A stretch of 63,951 bases of DNA, filler included, from Reclinomonas americana ATCC 50394 (Eukaryota), in NCBI GenBank assembly GCA_048213135.1. It is 12 parts of 10 records of this genome, joined end to end, with 100 filler letters (N's around TTAATTAATTAA, not from the genome) between each part and the next. Parts side by side here need not be neighbours in the genome. Positions count along the whole stretch, not along the records: positions 41,219 to 47,918 come from PS016076.1; positions 48,019 to 52,163 come from AFZH01016653.1; positions 52,264 to 53,742 come from AFZH01016654.1; positions 53,843 to 56,922 come from AFZH01016655.1; positions 57,023 to 59,145 come from PS016078.1; positions 59,246 to 62,002 come from PS016078.1; positions 62,103 to 63,951 come from AFZH01016658.1; 5 more parts are not named here. One strand, written 5' to 3'. Within the stretch, counting starts at the first letter, position 1. The number at the start of each line of letters is the position of its first letter. The position numbers were made by a program, and so were the translations under genes. The notes beneath the pieces were generated by a model, which saw only the letters and a list, made by a program, of their open reading frames with translations, searched no databases and had not been told where the DNA came from. Shown one piece after another: positions 46,898 through 63,223 of this stretch.

Positions 46898-47827
46898 TCA
46901 GCGCTTGGAGCGCTTCAGTCCCGGTTCGTCGCCTTCAGCGCTGTGATCGACTGCTGATGAGCGTGACATGCATGCGCGACACTGGCACGAGTGACATGAG
47001 CCAAACACGAAACTCGTCGTCACTGCTCTTGGTTCGCCGGCGCCGACACATGAGTTCTTCGAGCTTCTCGCAGGCCTCATCTGCACGCTTGCGCTCGATC
47101 AAACACATTTCCTCGGCAAGCTTGCGCTGCTGCTCGAAATACTTGCGCTGCTCCTCGAGATGATGAATTCTCGCCTGGGCATACTCGCGCTCGACCGCAA
47201 GCTCAGCCTTCGCACATTGAGCCTCGTTTTGGGCACACTGACGTTGCTTATCGGCACGTTGAAGCTGCTCCTCCGCGTGCCGAAGCTTCGACTTGAGCTC
47301 CTCCACGTCAGAGTCCACGGACTCCAGCTCCATCTGCACGCACCACACACGGATCAGGCACCAAGGCGACATTACACCATCACACACGTGCATAACAAAG
47401 ACACAACACACCGAGCCCAACGACGGCGTCAACACCGGCGGCACACTCTGCGACCACGACGGTTGCAAGTCAGGATACTTGGTCATGGCCTTGCGCACAG
47501 TGGCAAGGTACACAGAGTGCGTTGGCTTCTTCAGCAGAAACCGATGGCGGAAGAGGTGCGTCTTCCGCAGCACACGCGCACGCACTGCGGAGCGAGACGC
47601 AGTGCCTCGCGCGCACTCACAGCCACTTTCATCATGACTGTCACAAGTGACACTGGCGAATCGCACCACTCGATCGCGATGACGGCGACGAGCTGCACAC
47701 ACAGACGCACACACGCACACACACACACACACACACACACGTACAAGAAAGAGAGAGTGAGATGACAACTCACCGCAGAATCACCCATCACCGCAGCAGC
47801 CGACTCAGTTGGCGGAGACTCAGACAT
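46898..47827 (-). CDS. Hypothetical coiled-coil protein with basic C-terminus
   Basis: MELESVDSDVEELKSKLRHAEEQLQRADK..KLEELM heptads; last exon DHSAEGDEPGLKRSKR*. The 5' end abuts a gap region. Confidence 0.6.
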
Positions 47828-48160
47828 CTCGTGGAAGAGTGCAGTGTAGGGAGAGAGAGAGACAGAGTGGCACAGTTACGGCGCGCAAGCAAAGGAGGTT
47901 GTCAGTGCGTGTGATCGGNNNNNNNNNNNNNNNNNNNNNNNNNNNNNNNNNNNNNNNNNNNNTTAATTAATTAANNNNNNNNNNNNNNNNNNNNNNNNNN
48001 NNNNNNNNNNNNNNNNNNTCACTCACTCACACTCACACTACTCTCTCACTCACTTCACTCATCCTGTCTCTCATCTATTCACCCTCTCTCTTCTCCTCCT
48101 TCGATCTCATCCTCATGTCCGACTTGCTCACCGTGCCTTTCCCTCTTCGCTCTCCCACAG

Positions 48161-51100
48161 TCGCGCACTGGCCAGCTACCTGCTCCAGTCAGTGGACAGC
48201 GTGACCGCGGGATCATCCTCAGCAGCAGCCGCACCGCCACACTCCCGATCGCAACGCTCGCCCTCGCCTCCTGCGCTGCTGGTCACCACCAACTCACAGA
48301 CGAACCTCGCCCGAGCCTACAAGGCGTTCGGGCAGACCACGTCCAATGTCATGCCGCAAAAGTTTCGTAACACCCTCGCGATCGTCGTGATATCGGACAG
48401 TCGGGTTCGCTGCGGGAGGAGAGAAGATCTGTGTTCCGACCTCTTTTGGGTCTTGCACTGACCGTGTATTCGTGTCACGCAGACGACAGCGTCCAGTGTC
48501 CGCAGTGACTGCTGCGGCACCTGCAGCTGGCACGGCGAATGGCCTCACCGACAGTCGAGTTCGTGGGGCTGGCGGTGCTGCGGCCTCGCGGTACCATCGC
48601 CCCGGCAGTGCGGTCACGTCGGCATCGTCGGCCAGTGGCAAACGATCGCCTGGTTGCGTCTTTCCCCCCTTCCCCCCTCGTGTTCCTCACCGACGCCGTG
48701 TCTCACTTCCCACACCACCCGCAGCTCCGTCGATGCTCTTTCACGGATCGTCGCTCTCGGCGACCTCGTCGTCGTCATCGTCGATGCCCGTCAGTCGTGC
48801 ACGTGCGAAGCGAGCACGAGAAAAGGCCGAGCAACGCATTGCTAGTTACAGTGCGCGGGGCGCCGAGACTGCAACAGCAGCGGCAGCAGCAGCGGGTGCG
48901 GAGCAGGAGAACACGCAGCCAGAGGTAAGCCATGCCTCTTTGTCGTCCATGATCATTCTCGTTTTTCTTTGTGTTGGCTGACGCCGCACGCATACAGTCG
49001 ACCGCCGTCACCAAGGCAGCGAGTCCAGCGGCCGCTGTCGCTGCGGCGGCGCTGGACGAGGCATTGAAGATTGGAGGGACGAGCTCCGAGTCCGAGTCGT
49101 CGTCCGACGATGAGTCCGACAGCGACAAGGGCAGTGAGAAGCGACGGACGTCGGTCACGCCGCCAGCGCGTGCGCCAAGTTTCACCGCCATGCGGCCGGC
49201 CGACATTGTTGTGGACACACCGACACCCGTGGCTGCACCGCCAGCGGCAGTGGCGGAGAAGGAACAGCAGCAGCAGCAGCAGGCCGCTGCAAGTGATAAG
49301 CGCCGCCGACCGGTACGCACACACTACTGCCTCTTTTGTTATGCCCACCTGTGCATCTGATTGACTCTCTTTCTCTTGCCCGTGGCTAGCAGTCGCGACA
49401 GGAGCGTCATCGGTCGCTGAGTGTCGACTCGCTTGGCGTGCACTTTGCGGAGCCGACCGCCAACGGCAAGGCCAACAACGGCGCACAGTCGCCGAGTGAG
49501 ACCACCACGGCCAGTGGATCGCAAAAGGGCACACAAAAGACAAACGAGCGCACCTTTGAGGATGTGACACTGGCCACTCGGCAACGCAGCGCCAGCGCCT
49601 CGTCCGTGCTTTCCTCACCGACCGTAGGGCAAAAGGTCATTCCTGTGGTGAGTACACGTGCACATGCGCGCACCCCGGCCGTGTCTGCGTTGCTCATTCT
49701 CGTGCACAGCCGCAACATCGACCGAGCTCGCGAGGGAGCAGCACTGCAGGGGATCATTCGCGCCGTGCGAGCGTGCAACGAGACGACATTGAGCGCGAGT
49801 TTACCTTGCGCCTCGGTGCCGGCGGTGGCGCCGGTGGTAACATTCCGTGGCTTGAGTCCTCACCCAGTGGCACTGGCGAGGCGGGCGGTGTGCCCCGTCT
49901 GCATCGCATGACGCCATCTCCTGAACGTCGTGGTGCGTCGAGTTATTCTCGCCACTTGCACTCATCGCCGCCGCTCATTTCTTTCGCTTCTGCGAGAACA
50001 GGCCGGAGCCGCACGCGTGATGTGATCGAGCAGTCGAGTCATCCACGCACCGCCTCGCGGTCACACAGTCCGCTCGACTCACCCGGACAGCACTACTCCA
50101 GCCGCTTGGGTCGTCTGGTCAACAGTTTGTCGGTGTTCGATCCCGAGTTTATGGAGACGCCACTGGAGAAGATTGTCAAGCGCCGCAAGCGCGTGGTGCA
50201 GCAACAGGCTCCATCGCAGCAACAGCAGTATTACACGGCCTCACACACACCGAAAGCCGCCAGCCGCACTGATTTCGACACCGACAACAAGTCGTCTGTA
50301 TCGTCGCAACCAGGCGATGGTGCGTGATTCTTGCCTGGTTGACGGCGCATGCATGAGGTACTCATTGCACCGTGTTGCAGAAACTACGCCCGATCTGCTC
50401 TCCACCTCACCCGCCCCTCGATCGCGCAACAAGTCGTACGGTGACTCGGGATTCACATACGCGTCGTCCATTTTGTCGCCGCCCTCCAGCGTTGCGTTCT
50501 CCGCAGTCAGTCTCTCTCTCTCCTCCTGTCTGTTGACAGTTTCCTGTGATATCGATTGCAGCAAACAACGCAGCGAGGGCCAGCCGCGGGACGTCCCCAA
50601 GTGGTCTATGAAGAGACCACGGACTGGACGCAGACCAAGAAGGCCGACGTGTTGGGCGTCTTTGAGGCTTTCTGCAATCAGCCGCTCGAATTCATGGCCG
50701 AGTGTGGCATCTACATTCCCCACACGTGCCTGTTTTCTCAAGGACAGGTCGGTTTCTTTCTTTGTTTCGAAGCTCATTCCGTCGTCAGTGTCTCATCCGG
50801 CTGGTAGATTGTTGTGTGGTATCACATGGAGGGCAAGATGATCAACCGTGTGCTCGGATCCACCGTCAATCGGCGCGACATTTACCAGGCGTTCGTGCCG
50901 AAAGATCTGGCCTCGGACGACGAGATTGTTGCTGTGCTCTTGCACCAAAAGGAGACCGACGGCGCCGAAGGACAGGCACACTCGACGTACCTCACCGCCG
51001 CCCAACTCGGTGCGTCTTTCCGTGTGTCGCGTGATCGCTGTATGTGTCTGTGCGATACTGACCGTGTGCGCACAGAGTCGCTGCTGAAGACCGGCTGGAG

Positions 51101-52163
51101 CATCACTGGTCTCTTGCAAAAGTTTATCCGCGGCAAATCCGGCCGAGCTGGTGCGTGCTGCAGCGATGCTGATGCTGTTCCCCCGTGCTTCACTCCTCAA
51201 CTTCGTTATCGATGCACCGCAGCCGTTATTCGATGTGTGGCCGTCAACGGAGAGATGCGCAGTGTCAGTCGTCGCATCAACTTGCACTCGTTGTACGACA
51301 CGCGCATCGATCCGACAGAGCGAGCGGTGCGTCTCCACGAGCCAGGACCCACTTCGTCCTCTTCTTCTCCATCTCTCTGTCGCTCATTTGTGTTGCACCA
51401 GTGCACTTTTGATGGTCCCGACCGCCTGTCCGTGGAGAGCGACGTGAATCAGCCGATTGTGCTGCGCATCCTCGAGCGTGCCTGCCGCAACCTCTCCACT
51501 CGCCTGGCCTACGATGGTGCGCGTGTGGTTCGCCTGGTGGCCTACTTCAAGACAACGCAGAGCCGAGTGTGGTTCATGTGGCCGGAAACGATCAGCATGA
51601 CGTACTCGCTAGGAGTGAGTGGATCTGCCTCTCTGCCGCTCTGCCCTTTTTTTTTTGCTGATCATAGTGCCTTCTGATAGGTCTCGCTGAAGCGTCCGGT
51701 GCTTGCGCCCTCCATCATGATGCAAAAGGTGCTCACACACAAGGACCCGTTCCTCGATGGCGATGGTCGAGAGCGTCGGTTTGTGTGTCGAATTCGGTGA
51801 ACTCTCTTGCATGCTGGACTGCTGACGACTGTGGCATACACAGCGGTTTCGTGGCATCACCGCCAAAGATGGAGACGTCACCGACAAGGGCCAGCCGCAA
51901 GGAACTGCGACTCGATCGCAGTTTCAAATGCGCTGTGTGCGACTGCGTCGCTGGTTTGTGCGCGCCATTCGCACATCCTTCCCCGAGATTACTAATTTGG
52001 TCGTGCGTGCATAACAGACATTCGGAACAGTTACGAGGTCAGCTACAAGACCATCATTGTGTACGATTACCTGAAGCGACATCGGACGCTGCCGCGACTC
52101 CGACACAACATGCCACCGAAGGATGTTGCGTTCTGTTCTCTCGCCTGCCGACCTTCTGCTGAC
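48161..52163 (+). CDS. Large protein: Ser/Ala/Pro low-complexity N-terminus plus a conserved uncharacterised (possibly ATP-grasp-like) domain; partial at both ends
   Basis: IYIPHTCLF..IVVWY..GLLQKFIRGK..VIRC..RRINLHSLYDTRIDPTERA-CTFDGP..RLVAYFK..VWFMW; later CAVC and YEVSYKTII. The pattern is recalled from uncharacterised proteins of ciliated/flagellated protists. Confidence 0.6.
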
Positions 52164-52263
52164 NNNNNNNNNNNNNNNNNNNNNNNNNNNNNNNNNNNNN
52201 NNNNNNNTTAATTAATTAANNNNNNNNNNNNNNNNNNNNNNNNNNNNNNNNNNNNNNNNNNNN

Positions 52264-55222
<2,959 letters not shown>

Positions 55223-55299
55223 CAAAGTGTGATTGATTGGATTTCAATGTGCCAATCAGTCCGTCGACGCGCGCGGCACTTCACACACAGCTCATCAGC
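55223..55299. promoter_or_regulatory. 77-bp head-to-head intergenic region with inverted CCAAT boxes
   Basis: TGATTGG (55234-55240) and CCAATCA (55252-55258) lie between divergent ATGs at 55222 and 55300. Confidence 0.45.
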
Positions 55300-56922
55300 A
55301 TGTCTGCGCCGGCGCCAGCGGGCTCCGTGGTGGCATCGGCGACTGCGGATGCGGGCGAGCGAGAGGGCGCGTCACCGGTGGCAGAGATGGCCGAGTTGAG
55401 CGTGACCGACACCTCGGTGGAGTCGGAGGAGGCAGGCGATGTGTTGAGTGGAGGCGGCGCAGCGTCGGCATCCGCTGCGTCGGTGCTGAGTCCGCTGGCG
55501 GCTGTGGTGGCTCCGCAGGTGCGTTTCCCGAACATGGCAAACAGGCAGAACGTGAAAGACGAGCAGCGTGCTCCTTTCGTGTGTGTTGCGTGTGAGTGGC
55601 GTGTCTCTGTGTGTCACATTCGTGGCGTGAGATCAAGTGCATGCATGCGTGTCTCACGTTGCTGGGGTCGTTGTGTTTTTTTGTTTGTGTGTCATGGGCA
55701 TGTCCGTGTTGCGCTCTGTCTCCTGTGTGCTCTCTCTCTCTTTCTCTGTCGTCCTCCCTCCCTCTCTTGCTGTGTTCGTGAGCATGCGGTTGCGATGTGG
55801 CCGTCTGTCGATAGAGGGGGCTATTTTCCGACGACGTATCCACGAATCTTCCTGATTGCCACAGCTGCCCGACGGTACTCGGATCTATCTGACGTCGTTT
55901 GCACATCCGGTGGTGAAGCGATCGCGTGGTGGTCCCGGCAGGGCGTCGGCCGCTGCTGCTGCTGCCGCAACTGCTGCCGCAACTGCTGCTGCCCCTGCAT
56001 CGTCATCATCACATGGAGCAGCAGACGAGGGATCATCTGCACCAGCATCGTCGTCGGGGGAGGGGGAGTTGCCGGTGAATGCACCATGCGACTGCACATT
56101 CAACATCATCAAGAAGAACATGATGTCGGATGGGAGCGCGGTGGTGTACGTGCCGTCGCCGAACCGCGTGTCGACGTTTGGGTGGAGTCTGTCGCGCGAC
56201 TCGTCGTTGCGATCTCGGCACATTATTCAGTGGCTGTTTGAGAACCAGCATGTGGCACGCCTGAAGGATCGGTGTCTGCGTGACCTGCTGGCACACATTA
56301 GCGCACGAGTCGGGAGCAAGACGGTCTTCAACTTTGGCTTCTGCTGCAGCAACGGAGGGCAGCGCTCGGTGGCGTTCGCCGAGCGCATCAGGGCGGATCT
56401 GGAGGCACTCTTTGTGGGTCAGAATGTGCGTCTGCCTGTCGAACGTGTGTGTATGTGTGCAATCGTAGTGACAGTGCCGGCGCAACCAAGCAGGTGCATG
56501 TGGTGTCGCGTCATCGTGATGTGTTCGAATACGAAAGACGGCAGAATGAGTCGTCGGGGAGCACACGCCCACGCGGCAAGTACATTTGGCAGTACGCGGA
56601 GCCAGTGGAGTACGAGGTGGGTATGGAGACAGCGGCGGCCGCGGCGGCGTCGACGCAGTCATACACGCCGACCAACAGGGGCTCCAGCTCCACACCAACT
56701 TCAGCAGCAGCTGCATCAGCCGTGACCTCTCCCACGTCAGCATTGTCTCCCACCTCGACATCTAGTAGCCACTACAATCCACACTTGCCGGATCCATCAT
56801 GGAGCCACCCGGCGTCTCCGCACTGCCCGATATGGCACGACATGTCGGCCGCGGACTCGGCTGCGTTGGAGCGCGCCTTTGAGCAGAATCCGATCAACAG
56901 GAGTGCCACAGTCCAGCTGTCA
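55300..56922 (+). CDS. RapZ C-terminal-like (CX5R) domain + WWE domain protein; 3' partial
   Basis: IYLTSFAH..CDCTFNI..VPSP..FNFGFCCSNGGQRSVAFAERI..VHVVSRHRDV; then YIWQY..WHDMSAADSAALERAFEQNP. Confidence 0.75.
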
Positions 56923-57085
56923 NNNNNNNNNNNNNNNNNNNNNNNNNNNNNNNNNNNNNNNNNNNNTTAATTAATTAANNNNNNNNNNNNNNNNNNNNNN
57001 NNNNNNNNNNNNNNNNNNNNNNCTCTTCGCGTGTGCTCAGTGGTGTTCTGACTTCCCTTTTATCACTCACCCTTCCCCCTTCGCA

Positions 57086-60000
57086 GACGAGCACAGCCGC
57101 ATCATCACCCTCCTCGACCGCCCCGTCAACCTACAATCACACATTGACGGCCTGCTGCAGCAGGATGAGCACTTCCAGGAGATGCTGCGCGACACCGTGC
57201 GCTTCCACCGAGACATGTACACCTCAGTTGCGTCTCTTACAAACCCACCTCCATTCACCCTCTTTTTTTCGCTCGCACTATTTCCTTTCCTCCTTACCTT
57301 TCTGCTCAGTAGCATTTCTCGCAAGCCCACCCATCCTGCCGTTCGCTCTCTCTCTCTCCATTCACCCTCATTCTTCGCCCTCACCTCCTTGTCTTTCTGC
57401 TCAGTTGCGTTTCTCCCAAACCCACCTATCCTGGCGATCACTGTCTCTCTCCATTCGCCTTCTTTCTTAGCCCTCGCTATTTGCCTTCCTCCTTGTCTTT
57501 CTGCTCAGTTGTGTCTCTCACTTACCCCACCTATCCTGCCGTTCACTATCCCTCTCTCCATTCGCCCTCTTTCTTCGCTCTCACTTTTTTGCGTTCCTCC
57601 TTGTCTTTCTGCTCACTTCCCCACGGTGTTTCAACGCTCCATCCACTCCCTCACTGTCTGTTTCCATGTCTCCCTTCTTCCATCTTATCCCCTCCCCCCC
57701 CTTTCCCTCACATCCCTTCCCCCTTTCCCTCACATCCCTTCCCCCTCCATAGGACGCCGACGCCGGCCGTAAAAAACAAGTCGTCCTCGCCGCCATCCTC
57801 AAAGTCCTCCTCCGCGAATCCCTCACCGTCTCCGACGTCTACTCCCGCAAAGTCTTCATCGAGCGCGTCTACAACTGGTACCGCGACCATCGCAAGAACC
57901 TCTTCGAGGAGCAAATGGTGAAGAGACCCGTGCGCCCCGTCAGTGCCCCACTGCGACCGGGAGCGCGTGCCGAGTTTCGTGCTACTACAGAACTCTTCTT
58001 TCATTCATCAAGAGAGTGTGTTTTTTTTGAGAAAGAGATCCATTCTTTATCAGGAGAGGGTTTCCAAGAGAGGGTTTCTTTTTCAGCGAGAGAGTTTATC
58101 CTTTCTTTGAGAGGTGGCTTCTTTCTTTCATCAACAGAGTTTATTTTTTCTTTGAGAGCGGGCTTCTTTCTTTCATCAAGAGAGGGCTTCTTTTCTTTCT
58201 TAGAGAGAGTTTCTTTCCTATCAAAGAGAGAGTTTCTTTCTTCTTTCTTTCATTCTTTGAGAGTGGGTCTTTCATTCTTTCATTGAGAAAGAGATCCGTT
58301 CTTTATCAGGAGAGGGTTTCAAGAGAGGGTTTCTATTTCAGTGAGAGAGTTGCTTTTCCTTCTTTGAGAGAGAGAGTTTCTTCGTTCTTTCAAGAGAGAG
58401 TTTCTGTCATTCTTTCTCTGAGAGAGTGTCATTCATTCTTTGAGAGAGAAAGAGTTTCTTTTCCTTCTTTGAGTGAGATTCTTCGTTCTTCTTTCATCAA
58501 GAGAGAGAGAGTTTCTGTCATTCTTCTCTGAGAGAGTTTCTTTCCTTTCTTTCTTTGAGAGAAGGTTTCTTTGTTTGAGAGAGGGTTTCTTTGTTTGAGA
58601 GAGGGTTTCTTCTTTGTTTGAGAAAGAGGGTTTCTTTTTTCTCTGAGATAGAGTTTCTTTCTATCTTTGACAGAGCGTTTCTTCTTTCTTTGAGAGAGAG
58701 AGAGTTTCTTTCCTGCGTCAAGAGGGCTGCCGTTCCTTCATCATAAGAGTCTCTTTCCTTTCTTTGAGATAGAGCTCCTTTCCCTTCTTTGCTCACCCCC
58801 TTCCCCTTTCCTTCCCATCCATATAGGGTGGTGACACCCACCTTCCAAAGCGCCCGCGGAACGGGCCACTCCATGACCCCCAGCAACGCCGCTTTAGCGG
58901 CCGGCGGTGCCGGCGTTGCCCGGGCGGCGCCGTCGTGGGCCAGCGAGACGGCCACCACCTTTGACTTCGGCGGCTTTGACGACGACGACGACGATTTGGA
59001 GTTTCTGGTCGACGGCACTGGCGACGCGCAGCAAGCGTGGGGATCACCAAAGGGCGGTGCCTCGCGCCTGGAGCGATTACCGCTGAGCTCGCGCATGCAG
59101 CTGCCCGTGGAGGAGATGCGCAAGCAGGCCAAGGAGCGGTTTGAGNNNNNNNNNNNNNNNNNNNNNNNNNNNNNNNNNNNNNNNNNNNNTTAATTAATTA
59201 ANNNNNNNNNNNNNNNNNNNNNNNNNNNNNNNNNNNNNNNNNNNNACTGAGGAGGCCCGAGGTGCAGGCCACGCCGCGCAAGTCACCTCGCTCTCCTCGT
59301 TCTCGCTTGCCGGTGAGTGCCGTTGTGGGAAAGCTCGGAAGGCAGTCGCTCATTTTGTGTGTGCGCATGCAGGGTCAGGAGCGCAAGGCACCAACGCACA
59401 TCGACACTGGCTCCGATGCAGGCTCACAGCGCGACGACATGGAGTCCGGCGCCGGCGCGCAGGGCTCATCCGTGTCGCACAACATTGTGCCGCAGCTGCC
59501 ACCGCAAATGGAGGAGCACTTTTTGACCGACAGAACGCTGCGCGGTTTCAAATCGCCGCACCCCGAGTTGCAGCCGAAGCACCGACAGCCGGCCTTCCAC
59601 TCGGATTTGAGGGTGGATGAGATTGCGAATCGTTTGGCTGGTGCGTTTTGCTCTCATTCCCTGCCTCTCTTACCGTTCTCTCTTTGCATCCTTTCTGGTT
59701 TGTGTGGGTAATCCAGCTGTCTACAATTGCGTTTTCTTGTCTCCCTCCCTTCTCTCTCGGTTTATCTATTTGTCTCTCGCTCTCTCTCTCTCGCTGCAGA
59801 ACATGTGCTGTCACTGTGTCTTCTCATGACACTCTCTCCCTCCGCCCTACATACTATAGTTGTGCACCCACTCGCGCCTCGTTCCGCCTTTATCCGCATT
59901 CTCACTTCTCTCTGCATCTGTGTGGGCTCCCCTGCTCTCTTCGATTGAGTTTTCTTGACTCGCTCCCTTCTCTCTCTCTGCAGAACATGTGCTGTCATTG

Positions 60001-60853
60001 TGTCTTCTCATGACACTCTCTCCCTCCACTCTGCGTCCATTTGTGTACTGTTCCTTGCATTCTCACTCGCACCTCGCTCCGCCTTCATTCTCATCCTCTC
60101 TTCATCTCTCCCTTTCTTCTTTCTCTCTCTCTCTCTCCCCTCTCTCTGTGTCCTTTCTCTTACTCGCTGCTTCTTTCTTTCTCTCCGTTTCTTTCTCTCC
60201 GTTTCGCTCTGCTTCTCAATTTTCTCGCTTCCTTCTCTCACTCTCACTTCGTTCCGCCCCCGTCCTCATTCCTTATTTCCTGGTCTTGTTCACTCGTTTC
60301 TTCCTCGTTCACCCTTTCCCTTCTCTCTCCCTTCCCCTCCCTTTTCCTTTGTTTGACACCCTCCACCCGCACAGACACGGTAACCTTCGAAGTCAAGCAT
60401 CGCAAGCCGGATGTGCCGAGCGAGATGGACAAGTCGGTGAGCGCCGACAAACCGCATCTCCTGTCTCACCCTCCCGTGTGCTGACACGCTACACAGATTG
60501 CCGATCGCTTCATCAACTCCAAGCTGCCGCCGTCCGACTTTAGAACGCAGCAGATTCAGGAGTGCCAGGCCATCAAGGAGCGCTTTGCCAAGTACAATAT
60601 TCCTATTGCGCTGGCCACCATCCAGCGGTGAGCTTCCATCTCTCTTCCTCTCTTCTTCGCGTCGCGCTCACCTTATTTGCACAGTGCAATTTTGTTGCCG
60701 GAGGACCGCCTGTACGAGGACTGTGTGAACATGTTGCCGGACACCAGCAGCCGCTTGATGCGTGACTCAACCGCACCGGTGAAGAAGGCCAAGGCCACCA
60801 CCAAGGGCAAGAAGGGCAAGGGCAAGAAGGGTGGCAAGAAGAAGAAGAAGTAG
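57086..60853 (+). CDS. Hypothetical protein with conserved-looking C-terminal domain and poly-Lys tail; 5' partial, large CT-rich introns
   Basis: Exons ..RKVFIERVYNWY..; FRTQQIQECQAIKERFAKYNIPIALATIQR-AILLPED..LPDTSSRLM..KKGKGKKGGKKKKK* (TAG 60851-60853). Confidence 0.65.
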
Positions 60854-61158
60854 TGGTGACTCGCAAAGGGCCGGGCGCGAGTTTATGTTGCGAGGTGATT
60901 AATGTATTCTTTTTTGTGAAGAGGGGTAGGTGGAGAAGAGAAGGAGGAGGATGAGCAGGGGATTGAGGAGAAGGAGGATAAGCAACATGCTCAGCGTCTT
61001 GTTTCACGATGGCATAGGGCGACGTGACAAACAATGGATTACTTTCCGTAAGCCGTGAAGGAAGAGCACCGTTCAGGTAAAAGCAAGCATCTCTTCAAGA
61101 CGCAACAAGATCGAGGTGTATTCTTCCCTGCACAACGCCCTCCCCTGACACCAACACC

Positions 61159-61864
61159 TCACTGACCGCCGCCCGTCTGCGACGCTGGCGCAATCGACAA
61201 GAACCACCGATCCACATCGTCGCAGTGGCTGTTCCAGATCGGGTCGAACTCCTCCCATGACAGCACAAAGCCGCCAGCTGCGCTTAGGAATGAGAACATA
61301 TGCACTTCTCGCTCGTTCACTCGATGTTATTCGCGCTGCAACCTCATATCTCTCACTCTTTTGCGTTCCTTCTCTTTCATTTCCCGCTTCCTTCTTTCCC
61401 TGCCTGTCTCAATCGCCCAGTTCCTTTCTCTCACTGTCTCGCCTTTCTGCAACCTCCCCACAGTCATACTCTCCGTCCTCGCTCCATCGCTTCCTGTCCA
61501 TCTCGTTCTCTCTCTCTTTTCCACAGTCTCCTTTCGACCCACACTTTGTATTTCTCGTTATTCCCGCTCTTCTTCGTCAGCTCGCTCTCTCTCTCTCACT
61601 CTCACACACACAGTCTCGTTCATTACTCACACTCGCTCACTCATCATCATCACTCTCACATTCAAGTCATATTCTCACGCGTTCTCTGCAGCTGCCACCC
61701 ACGTCACACCTGGGAGTTCCTCCCCTTTGTGCATTCTCAGAGACTTCCCCTCATTTCGTCTCTGATTTGTCTCCTCTCTTCTCTCGCCCTCTCAGATCTC
61801 TCATTCTTGCTTTCTCTCCCACTCCCACACTCCGTTCATCTGCATTCTTCCCACTCCGCGTCTT

Positions 61865-61896
<32 letters not shown>

Positions 61897-63223
61897 CTCC
61901 TCCTCCTCCTACCTACCTTACCTTACCTTTACCTTTACCTTTACCCTTTTCCCTTTTTACCCCTTTCCCCTTTTTCCCTTTTACCCTTTCCCCTTTACCC
62001 CTNNNNNNNNNNNNNNNNNNNNNNNNNNNNNNNNNNNNNNNNNNNNTTAATTAATTAANNNNNNNNNNNNNNNNNNNNNNNNNNNNNNNNNNNNNNNNNN
62101 NNTACTTACTTTCGTTCGTTCCTTTCCTTCCCTACCCTACCCTACCCACCTACCGTTCCTACTACTCTCCTCTTCCTACCTCCTCCGTCCGTCCCTCCCT
62201 CCTCTCTCTCTCTCTCTCTCTCTCTCTCCCTTCCTCAACCACCCACTCTTTAACTTAATTTTCCTTCCTTTCCCCCTTTTCCTTCTCCTTTTTACCATCC
62301 CTTCCCCCACTATCCCTTTCCCTATTCCTCCCCTACTTTACCCTTTCCGTGCCAATACGGCGCCCCACTCTCCGGATCCCTCTCGGAGAAACACACCGCC
62401 GGATCGACAATGTGCACCTCAAACAGCGCACCACCATCCCCATCGCACCCGTGAATCACATCAAAGTGCGTGCCCCCGTGCATCCGGAAGCACGTACGAA
62501 TGTCGACCACCACCAGGCGCCCACGCTGCAGCTCGCCACGAATCACCTCGGCACACTCGGCACTGGTCGCCTGCGTGCCCAACTCGCGCTGGTACACCAC
62601 CGACGCCGGATCCGCGGTGTCGCACGAGTCACCACCGGGCACGAAATGCTGCGCGATCTTCGTGAGGTTATACGGCGCCGTGAACACGCCGGCCGGATCG
62701 TCGGGCAGGAACAGCTCCTGCTCCAGTCCGTACATCAATACATCGCGCAACTGAGAAGGCACAGGGTTAGGAAGCAATCAATGAGAACCGGTGAGCGGAC
62801 GACTAAAACGCAACTTGCACCGCATATCCGAGCCCGCGCAACGCCATGTACAATGCCGTCGGACCGCACGCACTGAAGCAGCAGTTGTCAGACAATGAGG
62901 AAAACATACTTGCGCAAACAAGCGGGTCTCAATAACCACGGAGCACATTACACAGCAAATGCTCAGTCTCTCTCTCACTTCAACCTTTCTCTCTGTGTGC
63001 GAGTGTGTCCCCTTACACACCACGGCAGTGCCTTGCTCTCATCGCGAGGATCGCGCAAAAAGTGCTGATCGACAATGTCGGTCAGTGTGGGCTTGCCAAT
63101 GAACGTGGGCGAGAACGAGGCCGCGGACTTGACGGCGATCTCCGCGCCGGCTTCCAGGGCGGCGGCACTGGCGGCGACGACAGCGGCGTCGAGCGAGGAG
63201 GCGACGAGAGAGGCTTCGCTCAT
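61159..63223 (-). CDS. Peptidase C39-like (papain-fold) protein
   Basis: VDQHF..ACGPTALYMALRGLG (catalytic Cys); IRGELQRGRLVVV..GTHFDVIHG (His)..HIVDPA (Asp); last exon VLSWEEFDPIW. Confidence 0.8.
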
